64,000 nucleotides of DNA from Phoronis australis (lineage: Eukaryota; Animalia; Phoronida): the NCBI GenBank assembly GCA_002633005.1, contig NMRA01000491.1, forward strand, positions 648 to 64,647, read 5' to 3'. A program made the position numbers and the translations under genes. The notes below the pieces were generated by a model. It was not told the DNA's origin. It saw only the letters and a list, made by a program, of their open reading frames with translations, and did not search any database. Below are positions 22,256 through 34,649 of this stretch, one piece after another. The stretch's first letter is position 1. Every line of letters begins with the position of its first letter.

Positions 22256-25200
22256 GTAAATGTTTTAAAGTGAATGTTAAATACGTGGAGGTCTGTACTT
22301 CAATAAGACAACGTAAGCCTACATAGACAGACAAATATCTCGTATTACACTAAAACGACAAAATCGACACGTAGGGTTTAAGCCGCTTTGTCAGCTTACA
22401 TGATCGAGTTTCTTTGGTAATTTAAGTAATGCGGTATGTGGCGCTCTGTACCTTCAAGACGGGCTTTTTGCGAGACTCAAAAACTAGAATAGGTTGTGAA
22501 AATCTAAAATATAGCTATGAGCTTGAGTGTTTTGCTGAGAAGGAGAAACGTCGGGGGGTGATAACTTAAAAAATTTCATATTTTTTGTCTTGTAAGACTT
22601 GTTATTTAATTGGGCTTTAAATTCGGAAAGATTACCCGAAAAATCTGTTATTTTGACGTCATAAGCAAACAAAGTTGGTCTATTGTGTTATACTTACCAG
22701 GGCCATTACTGATCGAGTGTATAAGAAAGTTCTCCGGTTAAAAAGTCAGTGGAACTCACATTAAATTACACTGACTGTCAAATTCTTGATCAACTTTTTC
22801 CTTTTAAATTACACGTACCGTAAAATCTGGCGAAAACGCCCCTGGGTTTATCTGAAAAATGGCCGTATCTTCTTGAAAACGACTGCAACGTTCCCGCCAT
22901 TTCGAGCAGAAGGCCAACCGTCATTTTGTTCCTGTTTTCAACCTTCTGTAGTGACTAAATACGTAGCCCTACGTTATCAACTTGAAAATTAATGACACCT
23001 TTCGCTGTGAAAGAAGTGAATAAGAAATCATAGAACGGCTTGTTGTAGAGTGCGAAATAGCGAACACGGTCTCGTGAAATAACTTGGAATACAGGTAAGA
23101 CCATGTTCGGGTAGTATGTCGGCGGACTAATATGGAGATTTTGTGGTAATCCATTCAGTGGTGGCGAACAGTTAGGAAATGTAAGACCTTATCGACAAGA
23201 CTGTACAATTACTTGCAAAGGTCTACAAAACTATAGAATACAACTCAGCAAAGTATGTTTTATACTAATCTGTCATTAGTTAGATTCACATGATAGCATT
23301 TTAGTAAAATTTTGTAAAAGGAAAGGTACATTCGCGACAAAACAACAGGACCAATGACACGAGCAAATTTCGTGTGACACAATTTCCTAAATTATCGTTT
23401 CGTTTTCGGAACTGGAATTATTTTCATAAAAATCATACAAGTCTTATTTTGATAGCCCCTTGTGCAAAAGTAGACCATTTTATAAACAATTTGCTATGGG
23501 GGAACTGTGCATAAAGCACAGCTCCACAAAATTTCAGCTGAATCCGACCAGCCATTTTTGAGATTATGATGTTCGAAGTTGGTCAAAATTAGACATTTTC
23601 TAGAGTCCCTCATATATAACCACAAGTCTCTGAGGAAAAGTTCAACAGAAACAATGTGTGCATTCACGTTGTGTAGATGATGTATACGATATATTTGCGG
23701 CCATAGACGCAACAAATTGGCGGCAAGTGAGATAGAACGGCTCCAAGCTAGACCCCGCACTATGAAGTTGTGATCCCGGGGCGGATTTTGCAGACTTGCG
23801 TGGTCTCTTGCAAGCGCGCTCTACAGAACGCAGCCAGACCGCGACGCAGTTACACCGTATTTCATTTTCATTTTAAACTCCAGGACAAGCAATCGTCAAA
23901 GCAAAGAATCTCAACTTCATATAATGAATCAAAATGTACTGATAAATTTACTAAACAAATAAATCCAAACGTGACTAGCTGTTCTACTTACTCAATCGTT
24001 TTCTTTTCAGCCACAAACATTTGCACTGGCAGTGTGAGGGAGACACCAGCTCCACATCATGACGTCATCACAAGTCCCTCGTACCCTGACACGTATCCAC
24101 GAGGTGCCCCATGTTCGATAAAATTGAGTTTTCCCCACGGCTTTTTTATTGTTTTAAATGTCACAGACTACCGATTAACATCAAAATATCTGGGACTTCG
24201 TAAAGATAAACTCCTCATCAAATATGGTGTCTATAAGACCATCAATCCGTCTGCTGGAACAATGTCTGTGTTGCCTAGTAACGAAGTGACTATGAAATTC
24301 ATACGCAACCTTGGCGGCCATCAATCAAGCAGAGGTTTCAGTCTTGCCTACACAGGTAAGTGAAGGTACACGTAAGAAATAGCACGACCAAAAGACGCCC
24401 TACGGGACGATCTGAACACTAGGACGTCATTTCGTAATGAGCGGTGCTGTCAATAATGGATGGCCTTATAAACAAACAAAAGAAGTGTATTGAAATTCTC
24501 TCATTTTAGTCTTCATTAAAGCTGGCCCACCTAAAGACTGCACAAAATATTGTTTTAAAATATTTTTACATTATTAAAACTAAACGTCGTTTCCCTATAG
24601 CTGGTCCAACCCAGCCGCTAGAACATACTTCTCTCGTTAAGTGGTGACAAAACCATCTGTAGTAAGACGAATTTCTTATGACATATTAATAACACATGAC
24701 CTGTTTCATGATAAGTGACTTAAAGATGTATTTGCATGCTCCTAATTATGGTAATGTATAGCATGAACTAAACGACAAATTGAATATCTACGCTAAACAA
24801 AGTGCAGTTGTATTTATTGACAACTTGTAAATGTGAAAACAAAAAAATCTGCAAATAGGCGACCTTGGCAGTAATGACGTACTTTGGGGGCTCACATAAA
24901 CCGCATCATGCAGTGTTATTCCCAACCAACACGTCACAATACTTACTGGAAACGGTTGAGTGCTTTAAGGCGGATTGTTTTAGACATAAACTCGTTCTTG
25001 AAAACATTTGGCAATTTTCAACCTACCTCATATTCACACCGTCGCTAAATCTTGTGTTTCTGACTAATTTGACCAAGCAATCTCAGAGATAAGGAATTAG
25101 CGTGCAAGTTCCACTTTAAGACTTAAGTGAATAATTTTTACTTACGCTCCCACAACAGTCACAGAAACAAAATTTCGTCGTGTAATTATTTGCATATCAC

Positions 25201-28200
25201 TCGTGTAATTATTTGCATATCACTCGTGTAATTATTAGCAATATTTCACAGTTTAGGAACTTTTATTTTTCAGAATAAGTTGTGTGGACGAAACTCAACT
25301 GTCTTTTAAGTCACTTGTCATGACACGTTCCACTACAGTGATTAACGTACTATTTCAGCGGCACCATTCCACACAGCATGCCACGCAACAGAAGAACTTG
25401 TTCGGATAAACAGAATTCTTTTCATAGCCAGTAGAAATTACCCCGAGCATTACGACGAACGTATGGACTGTCGGGTAACTGTCAAAGCACCGCCACGTCA
25501 CTTTCTCCGCATAAAGAGCTATGATTTCAAAGTAGAACGGACTCCTAGGTGCACGTTTGACTTTTTGAAAATAAAGGACCCAAAAACGAACATCACCATT
25601 CTCAACAAAACATGCGGGCATACATCTTTCGGAGTCACAGCGTGGTCGCGAATAGTCACTGTTTATTTCCGAACAGACGGATCAAGAAACTCCAAAGGAT
25701 TTCTTTTGTTTCTAGAAGGTATTCATTTTTTGAGAAATTCTCATTGTCTGTGTGAAAGTAACTTGAATTTTTAATCCATGAAGACGCAAGCACGTCAAAA
25801 GTTGCTTACAAGTCCTAAATTGTTTATTGCTATTGGATGTGACGTAAGTTGTGTCTACACGTACTGCATCGGAAAAATTGACCTTTCAAAGACAAGCAAG
25901 TTATTTTGAAACGTGTTATGTGTAAATGCACAGGCGGATTTAGGGGGGGGGGGGGGGGGNTGTGGTGCCCGGAATCCCTACGACCGCGACCCAAACAAAT
26001 AAAAAATAACGCTGTCATGCGTCACGCGAACATCTCCCCTCGAAAATCGTCTTTGGGCCCCTCTCGCGACATCCTAGCATTTGTTCGTAACACTTCACTC
26101 CAAAAAGAACACGAACGCTGAATGGAACGTTGTTAGTCACCCATTGGCGGATCTAGGATGCCGTAAGGGAGGGCACAACCACAGTTCTCAAGGAAAAACA
26201 TATTCCTCCTCGTAAGCCCTAAAAACGACATGTCGGCGGCTTTTTATCGTGCCCACGCGTAGGGCTACTCCCCGGCCCCTAAATCCGCCTACTGAACGCT
26301 TATATACGTTTTTCCATATTTCATTTAATCATTTTTTGGTTAATAACGGCAGGTTGTGACCGAAACAAAACGTCCGTACTTTCGTGTATAAACTCTTTAA
26401 GTTTACGTAGAACCTTAGCCAATTATCTACAATAGACTACAAAACTATTAATCTTAACTCAGTAAAAATATGAATTTTCTGAGAGTAAAAAGCCAGTAGA
26501 ATTTGAATTTTGACTTTATACTAACCTGATATTACCTGGATCACGTGACGATGTCTATATAGTTAAAGTTATCAAAAAATAAAGTACATTTACAGCATAA
26601 CAAAGGTATCAATAACATGGCCAAATTTTGCTTGACACAAATGTACAAGATGATATCTCAAAAACGCTTTCAGTTTTATGAATTACACTGTATCATTTCG
26701 CTTTCGTTTAATGCCACTTGGTATTTAATCAAATTCATGAAAGTCTTTGATAGCCCCTGATGCAAAAGTGAAAAAGTTTAAAAACAATTCCTAAAACCCT
26801 TTTGGAGAGTAGTGCATGAAACGTAGTTTCTGAAAGTTTCATATGAATCCAATCCGCCAATTTTGAGGCTTGATGTTCCAAATTTGGCCAAGCGTGGCAA
26901 TTTTTCAATATTCCTACATAACCTTTTCGTTCAGGGCGTTTCACATCAGAGGCAACAGAATAACTGAGGGAGCATGCATTATGACAATCAATGCTCGATA
27001 CACGGTGTGTGTCACAAGCATTTGATTATGAACAACTCCGGTCGCGTAGCTCGAAACAGTTCATCACAAGCCAAGCTCATTAAGTTCAATAACTATTTAC
27101 GGACGATACCAAATATTTCTATTTTGCAGCAATTCCAAAGCCTACATTTCATACGATACCTCAAATGACGATGATAGGTGCTCAGCAGACGACAAGAATA
27201 ACTGTTACGAATGACGTCACCACTAGTCGGTTAAACGAGACGTCACCTACAAAGGATACAGGTACCGCACGTAACTTGGTGCTTTCTGCCACCACGCCCC
27301 TAACCATCAATCAAAATCCAAGGGATGTATTGCAACATTTTGAAAACAACGTAACACTTGTTCCACTGACAGAGCCGTATAGAACGACGCCGAACGATGG
27401 TGGTGGGCACGTGAAAAACCAGGGTAAAGCATCCATTGCAGGTACAGTGATGGGGCAGTACACGAACAGGGTGTACGTTGCTCACGGTTACAAACTCGTG
27501 GGTACGCAAGGTCACTTTACGTCGAACGATATTTCGCAAAGCTCACCCGGCACAGTTTCCGATTTCATGCGCGCACCCAGGGGGAGGGGGGGGGGGGGGC
27601 TCGAACGAGGCCCCCCATTTGGCGAAGTGGGCAAAAAGGTCCTCCTCTGAGAGACGAAAACTCCGAGAAAACAAGGCATAAGTGCGTTAAACATGCGCAA
27701 ACGCGTAATTCACAGTGGTTGTCCGTTTTTTTAGTCCGCCCACTCTTTTGTTACCAAAAGGTCCACAAAGTCAGGAATTCGAGTCCCCCATATTGAAGGC
27801 TGGGTGAGCGCATGGATTCAATCCCTTTTTTCTTCTGTTGAGCTGAGCGAAAAAAAATCAAAACAGGACATCTAGGTCTGCAAATTAGGGTTGAAAACCT
27901 TTCTTACCGTGGCGAGTGTTTAGTCACGAAGAGGCCTTTACTTCGTACGTCAACACTAGGAGTATTATCTTACTTAAATCCGATCACATGTATCTACAAA
28001 GTGGTATCTTCAGACAAACAAAGCATTACAAGGAGCACATACGATAGCCGCTAACGTTCCACCAGGAAGACATCAGTGGGCGGCAATCTTTGCAAGAAAA
28101 TTGACGTATACAAGTTCAATGAAAGGCCATCTCTAACTTCAACTCTAAGATGAAACTGTTCATATTGCGACAAGGAAACGGTTCAGTGGTTAAAGCTTAA

Positions 28201-30630
28201 TAAGCATATCATTTTCTTTAGTTTTACACCACGATGAGAAAAGAAACTGCAACTTAAGACATCGTTCGAGTTCAAGATTATTAGGGACTGACAAGTCTGC
28301 TATTTAGCCAAATATCTAAAAAGACGTAAATTTTAACTCATTAAAAGTACTCATTTTCTGAAAGGAGAAAGGATGTAAAATTTGTCTTTTGACTCTTTAC
28401 CAATCTTTTATTAACTGGGTCAAGTGATCATGTCTGTTTGATAAATTTGGAAAAAATAAAAGGTACTAACTTGACAGTAAAATAACGGAAGGTCAAAGGT
28501 TATTTAATACAAATGCTAGAGATGAAATATCAAAAACGCTGTTACAGTTTTCTAAAACATCATTTTGCTTTCGTTTAAAACTTGAACATTTTCTCCATGA
28601 AATCATAAAAGTTCTATTTTTGATAATTAAAAGTGGAACATTTTAAAAGCAAGTCCTAACAGCACAAAATTGTTTTATCAATCAACGCGCCGACATCATG
28701 TAAGTTCACTGTTAGTAGAAAGTCACGAATTCGAACACCGGTAGGGCCAAAGATCTTTTCAGATTTAACTACAGGTCACGTGGTGTGACTAACGTATGAC
28801 ATGCATGATGATTCTTACTCATGATTCCTAACAGCGTTTTAGAGCATGAAGAATAGTATCCGAAAATTTCATGTGAATCTGATCGGCCGTTTCTGCGATA
28901 TGATATTCCGAAGTTGTCCAAATTTGGACATTTTTCTAGGGTCGTAGGTAATCTTAATTCATCATATTACGAGATCATACACTCCAGTCCTACTTTTCCT
29001 CACCTGCTTTCTCTCAAACTGTTCATCATGTTGATCTTCTATTTATTTAGATTTTATGCGTCTCTTCTTGCCATTTAGATGTTTTGTGTATCTTCTATTC
29101 ATTTAGATGTTAACGTTGATCTCTTTATTTAGATGTTTTGTGTATCTCCTATTCATACAGATGTTAATGTTGATCTCTTTATTTAGATGTTATGTGGATC
29201 TGCATCGGTACAGGCCTTGGGGCGATGGTGTTATTTATCATTTTCTTGGTTTTACTATGGAGACGGTAAGGCCTTGGAGTATCCCTTTTTGTTATAGTCG
29301 TCAATTTTGAACTTAGAATGAGTCTGAAGAGATAACAATACAAATAGCAACATATATAAATAAATAAAAAGCCACCCTTGCATATGGTTACGTTTTTCCA
29401 AACAATTCCTAGACAGTTAAGCTAAATAGAATTTCGCGGCAATTTTGTTGGCACATCGCCATAGAGCTGAGAATTTTACTGTTCTATAACGAATTCCGTT
29501 TATTTGGATGTTATCCTGAGTAAGCATTGCTGTGGCGTGATTTTAACTAAAATTTAATTCACGAGTTGAATGAATTATGAAATTTGATCTCTTCATTTCA
29601 TCGCTTGGTATTTTCTCGGTACCCATGATTTTGTTGGTCTCTGCGACATCGCCATGGTCTGGATTTTGAATTCCAGCTGCACACAGTCCTACCCATGCAG
29701 TGGAAAGGAAAGGCAGTTGTAACGCTAGACGCGGATAATCACCGAAATCTCAAATTCATAGACATCACATTATTAAGATGTATAAAGTCAAATTCTGAGC
29801 AGTTCAGGCTTCACGCCGTGAATAACTACATCGCTCTTAACGTGTGACTTGTGTAACAAGAAACAAATCTTGTTATGCCGCATAAACTTCAAACACGGAA
29901 CTTTATAGACGAAGTCAAATAACGCTACAATTTGATTACATATTTCATCACTATCATAAACAACAACTAAGAGTAAAATTAAATTTCATGTTTTAGGCGC
30001 AGACGAATTCAAAAAAGCCGAGAAAATGAAACTATGGACTCCGTGTCGATAACATACGAAAGTATGTGTAGTACGAAAACAACACCTCGAACATATGCGA
30101 CCGTCCTAAACTCAATACCTACTGTAGCAATAGAACACACCTACGCAGATCCATGGGACAGTGTGGCAGACAACCACCTGAACGCGATGACTCAGAAAGC
30201 ATCACGCGGTCCATCCATGGGGTTGACGTCATATGGCGCTAACACGGACAGTCTTTACTCAAAGCCTCTGGAGGCAGATCATAACTACGAATACTGTGAA
30301 ACCAGTTTATCGGTTGGAAGTCCCGAGAAGGAAACGAATGATCGCACATCGAATGCATCAGGGCTTTCTCAGAGCAGTTCCCTGCGACGGTCGCCAAAGC
30401 CAGCTATGGGAATGCGCGGCTACACCAGCGCATCTATTAGGAGGAAGAAGAAACCGTCTACCAACAGTGACGGAGCTGCCATGGTCGAGAATGAAGTGTA
30501 TGAAAATTTCTCAGGGGACGATGATGATTACATTGATGTGAAAGACCATCGAATGAAAAATCAACAATACTACGAAGACGTTCTGCAACTGGGCTGCGCA
30601 AATCACTCCGTGGATACCAAAGACGACTAG
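22183..30630 (+). CDS. Type I membrane protein with two CUB domains, a Thr-rich stalk, a TM helix and a Tyr-motif cytoplasmic tail (about 594 aa, 6 exons)
   Basis: Exons 22183-22255, 24011-24355, 25359-25718, 27130-27423 (alternative donor 27441), 29187-29265 and 29997-30630 join in frame with GT-AG boundaries. CUB motifs ITSPSYPDTYP..C..RGFSLAY and ASRNYPEHY..DC..CTFDFLKI..CG..VYFRTDGS..KGF. Confidence 0.8.
23190..23615 (+). mobile_element. Dispersed ~500-bp repeat family copy
   Basis: Colinear with 26410-26920 (e.g. TTTGATAGCCCCT..TGCAAAAGT). Confidence 0.65.
24011..24355 (+). CDS. CUB domain 1 exon
   Basis: Phase 1-1 exon; ICTG..VITSPSYPDTYPRGAPC..SNEVTMKF..SRGFSLAYT. Confidence 0.85.
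24720..25119. mobile_element. TTAA-flanked MITE (Kolobok-like)
   Basis: Imperfect TIRs TTAAAGATGTATTTGCATGCT / AGCGTGCAAGTTCCACTTTAA; paralog of 11515-12062. Confidence 0.7.
25178..25236. repeat. 23-bp tandem repeat, 2.5 copies, containing the octamer ATTTGCAT
   Basis: TCGTGTAATTATTTGCATATCAC repeated. Confidence 0.8.
25359..25718 (+). CDS. CUB domain 2 exon
   Basis: Phase 1-1 exon, 360 nt, with canonical CUB cysteines and the FRTDGS motif. Confidence 0.88.
25928..26294. mobile_element. GGCGGATTTAGGG-type MITE(s), possibly compound
   Basis: AGGCGGATTTAGGGG ... CCCCTAAATCCGCCT inverted ends; a second left end GGCGGATCTAGG near 26146. Confidence 0.6.
26410..26920 (+). mobile_element. Dispersed ~500-bp repeat family copy
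   Basis: Colinear with 23190-23615 and 28290-28945. Confidence 0.65.
27130..27423 (+). CDS. Thr/Pro-rich stalk exon
   Basis: tttgcAG acceptor, in frame with ORF 27165; phase-1 donors at 27423 or 27441. Confidence 0.65.
27566..27814. mobile_element. MITE
   Basis: TIRs CATGCGCGCACCCAG / CTGGGTGAGCGCATG; near-TSD GATTT/GATTC. Confidence 0.75.
28290..28945 (+). mobile_element. Dispersed ~500-bp repeat family copy
   Basis: Same conserved blocks, ending ..CCAAATTTGGACATTTTTCTAGGGTC. Confidence 0.6.
29028..29195 (+). repeat. 26-28-bp tandem repeat built from the 3' splice site of the TM exon
   Basis: Six copies of ..ATTTAG|AT(G)TT.. with the AG ending at 29050, 29078, 29106, 29132, 29160 and 29186. 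Confidence 0.85.
29187..29265 (+). CDS. Transmembrane exon
   Basis: DVMWICIGTGLGAMVLFIIFLVLLWRR; donor CG|GTAAG. Confidence 0.8.
29997..30630 (+). CDS. Cytoplasmic tail exon
   Basis: RRRIQKSRENET then ORF 30034-30630; basic stop-transfer segment followed by many Tyr motifs. Confidence 0.8.
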
Positions 30631-31345
30631 GCAATGGTAATTTCAGCAACGCACCCCAGCTTTTTAAAGCCGCACTACAAGACTTGATTTCTATGTCTTC
30701 CGTTATGACATTGTCTTATTATCTCCCTTACTCAGTTTAAAAGTGCTATCAAGGTGGCTCGGCAAGAATTGATTTCTTCAGACCAAGCTCATAAAATTTC
30801 AGGTCACAGCGACTGAAGGAGTGACAGTGTTAGTCTAAATAAAAAGTGGATTTTTGTGAGTGGACGGTGGCTCTATATCCGCTTCGAAATGCCTTTTGGA
30901 AGGCGCGAGAGCCCTATATACAACGGACAGACACTGGCACCTAGTGACTAGTTTTCCAACGTCATACAGGCTGGGTTCACTAAAGTTCGTTGTCTACGAA
31001 TGACGTCATCAACTGACAACCTTAAACTTTACATGTCTGCTGACAAGCCCATCACGTTACTATATTACTAAGGTATTCTGCAACTTTCCTTATCAATTTT
31101 TGAATGTTGACAACATTTAACTGGACCTTTAAGGACTTAAACCATTTTTGGTCACAAGTGTGATACACCTGTAAGGTACTGGATATGAATTTCTTCAAGA
31201 ATGGGCACATTTAAAGTGATTGGAAAAACAAGACCAAAAGTTTTAACTTGTTAGAGCATTTTAGTCTTAACTTTGGCACAAGTTAATAAGGTAATTTACT
31301 CCTCATTAGGGAACGTGATAAGATCCAAGGACTTGAAAGGATATG

Positions 31346-31459
31346 AATAAACTTTTACTTAGAAGAAGACCTAACAAGAATTTGAAGCAATCTAATAAAA
31401 TCAGCATGACTGAAAATGAAATAAAAACAGGCATTTTAAAATCAAACCTCGTTTTTATT
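31346..31459. terminator. Opposed polyadenylation signals of the converging CUB-receptor and ITPR genes
   Basis: Plus-strand AATAAA at 31346, 31394 and 31420; minus-strand AATAAA at 31454-31459. Which signals are used is inferred only. Confidence 0.35.
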
Positions 31460-33562
31460 AAATATAACATATTCATATCACAAAGTGGGGGTCAACTCCT
31501 GGTGATTCAACTCCACACCACCCCATCCTGACTACAAATACAACAAAGTGTTTGAAACAATAGATGTAAAACACGTGGCCTACTAGAGTATTCAACAGGT
31601 GGAGAATGAACACTACAGAAACAACTATTCTGTGGACTGTCTCTAGCTAAACCAGTGGAGGGCTTGGAATTCACGAGGTGGCGCTAGGGACTCGAGAAGG
31701 TCTACCTGTATAAATGCATACATTCTGGTAATCAAAGGCATCCCATAACTCACAAAAGCTATTAACAGCGAACAACTGGTCTCACTTACTGAAAACAAAA
31801 AAGAAGACCCATTCTTCAACAGCGCCACCTAGTGAATATCGAGTGTTCTGTGGGTAATCAAAAGGCAACTAGACAAAATGCCAATAACTTCAAAGAGTGA
31901 AGCCACACTTGTCACAATTGTTATCACTAAATAACATGGGAACATAACTGTTATCACCAAATAACAAAGGCCATCATTTTACTAGTGCACAAGAGCAAGA
32001 CCTGCGAACTATTTGCACAATTCCAAATGGTTTTTCATGACCTCACTGAACTGACGTGAGACATAAATCTACAGAACACAGACCACTATATGCACACAAT
32101 GACACCTACAGGCATATTACAGTTACACGACTAACAGCTTTCTGTTTATCAATAACTAATATCAATGGGTCAGTGTTGCATAATGAAAATTTTGATAACG
32201 TTTCATAACACACATTAAGTCAAACACTACACTCATTAGAACTTTGTTAACAGAAAGATAATGCATGCTGTTATCATGCTTGACATAAGCACGATTTGCC
32301 AAAACAACAAATGTTCCAAGAACCTATTTCATAAAAAGTGACCTATGAACTTTGACCTTAGGCTCCCATATCAACTTTGACATTGCTGAAGTAAGGTTTA
32401 GACATGCAATTATTAGCAATGGAAATAATTTGTAGAAATCAACTCTGCCAGTAACTCGCAGTTATGTGTGAATTCTCAGAGACTTTTGCATTTTTGCCCA
32501 AATACGATTTTAATTTTTTTTGAGAAACAGCTGTGTGAAGCATAACACCCACACTTTTAATGAAACAGACTTCGGGACATATCTTTTTACCACTTCCTTC
32601 ACGTAATCTGAACACACAAAAATCTCATTTGACCATTGGCACTTGAGAGGTTACAATAATAACATTACATCATAACTAACAAACATGATTGCAAACACAG
32701 TTGAATATCCATAGCTCAGCAAACTTTCATTACCCAATCATCAGTGAGGTCACATGTCATTAGCTAATCATCAGTGAGGTCGTATATGTCATTATCCAAT
32801 CATCACTAAGTTGGTATACTCAGCCAAGAGTAATTGAAACACTCTTCAAATCAGCACACAAAATAGCTGAATTTCAATTTGTACAATTCCTGAACAAGAA
32901 CAAACACTTAGAAAATGTCTACTAAGTCTTTACCACGGTAATGTAACATACAGATAACTTAAAACAAAAATAAGGTACATTTGCCAACAACAGATTATGG
33001 GAGAACCTGTCTAGTTTAACCCTTATCCTGCTAAGCCTCTATTCAGACAACTTTCCCTGTGCACTGAACTAAGTAGGTCACCACTGCTGTGCGCACTGGG
33101 CTGTTATGAAGGTCACTCAGATTAATGACCTAACATTTTTAGATTGGAAATTTGAAGGGGTAATATCAACTTTACATAAAAGTGGTCTGCACGAAAGTTG
33201 TTCAGAATTCAATGGGAATTTTCACCATATGCATATCTTTACCATAGCCTTGGTGTAAATAATTCTATAAACTTTCAAACTGGACACTCTTNACCACGGT
33301 AATGTAACATACAGATAACTTAAAACAAAAATAAGGTACATTTGCCAACAACAGATTATGGGAGAACCTGTTTAGTTTAACAGTTGATCAGCTGCGAGTA
33401 AACATCTACTGTGCGGCAAACATTGGTGGCAACCCAATTACAAAGGCCAGGTGTCCGGCATGGTGATTTACCTAAGCACCAATACCAACTGCTCAAAGTG
33501 GCAAGTGAATGAGAACACACCAACTTGGTGACCTTCTCCACTCTAGTGTACAATTTCACCTC

Positions 33563-33695
33563 ACTGAGGCTCCACTCTAGTGTACAAGTTCAGCTGATCA
33601 CCACACTGAGGCTCCCCTCTAGTGTACAAGTTCAGCTGATCACCACACCGAGGCTCCACTCAAGTGTACAAGTTCAGCTGATCACCACACTGAGG
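33563..33695. repeat. 42-bp minisatellite, about 3 copies, in the inferred ITPR 3' UTR
   Basis: CACTGAGGCTCCACTCTAGTGTACAAGTTCAGCTGATCACCA. Confidence 0.9.
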
Positions 33696-34032
33696 TAGTA
33701 ACCATGTGAAGTGAATCATCTCGTGCCAAATCTTGGCTATGAATGGAAAAATTCCACGCAATTCCACCCATTGATTCCGCATGAATGTCAATAGATTAAC
33801 ATGATTCTACTATTACGACAAACCGTTACAAGCTACCAAAAAATTAACAAGCATCTGATTATTACGTGAGTGTTATAGGAATGTTTAGCACAGCGTCATT
33901 TTGATGTCATTATGACGTTTTGGACCCAGTGTGACGGCATGTCTATTCTTATTTCCGGGTCCAAATTGCGCCATCTAGTGCCATGGCACGTCATCACTAA
34001 ACATCCGAATAACACATGTATATAAGTGGATT

Positions 34033-34131
34033 TCACAACATGTGACCCGTTGCGAGACCTGCAGGCAGAGATGGCATAGACGGCGTGTTCAACAGACCAA
34101 TCCTTTGTTTCTGTTTCCTCTGTTCCGTCAT
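34033..34131 (-). CDS. ITPR: ITPR last coding exon
   Basis: [32 protein letters not shown]-stop. Confidence 0.93.
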   Translation of the reverse strand: MTEQRKQKQRIGLLNTPSMPSLPAGLATGHML

Positions 34132-34602
34132 CTGCAACAGTGACATCACATGGCACAAAATGGAACTGTTCCTACTATACACAAAAACTAAAGCTGCTAT
34201 GAAATATATATTCAGGTGTTAAAAATGTCAGCTTTCATCACGACCTTATTTACTCTTCCTAACAACATCATCATCGGTTAACCCTTCGTTTGAATATTAA
34301 AATTCGTTACAATAAATCGAAAGAAATTCATGACGGCCGTACTGACTTGGTGAATGAAACTAACCCACCATGACAAGAAACTTAATGGGCGTGGTCGGAA
34401 GCAACAACAATGACTTGTCTGTTCTCACAAACATTTTCAAGACCAAAACTTAAATATGTTTGCGACCCATATTTTCACGTGACTTCAATATTTACACACA
34501 TATATGTGCATAATTATGTGTATATATATAAACACAGATGTGCATATGTACATATATGTGTCATATATATATATATATGTGCATTGTGTGTATATATGTG
34601 TG

Positions 34603-34649
<47 letters not shown>

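Noticed and set aside
27424-27650. C-terminal extension of ORF 27165-27650
   Set aside because: It runs past the splice donors into intron and into the MITE at 27566-27814.
32928-33380. ~92-bp direct repeat flanking a TTAACCCT-starting MITE fragment, suggesting a giant TSD
   Set aside because: The second copy starts at a lone N (33292) and the insert lacks a right TIR. This is most likely an assembly join of two haplotypes, with and without the insertion.
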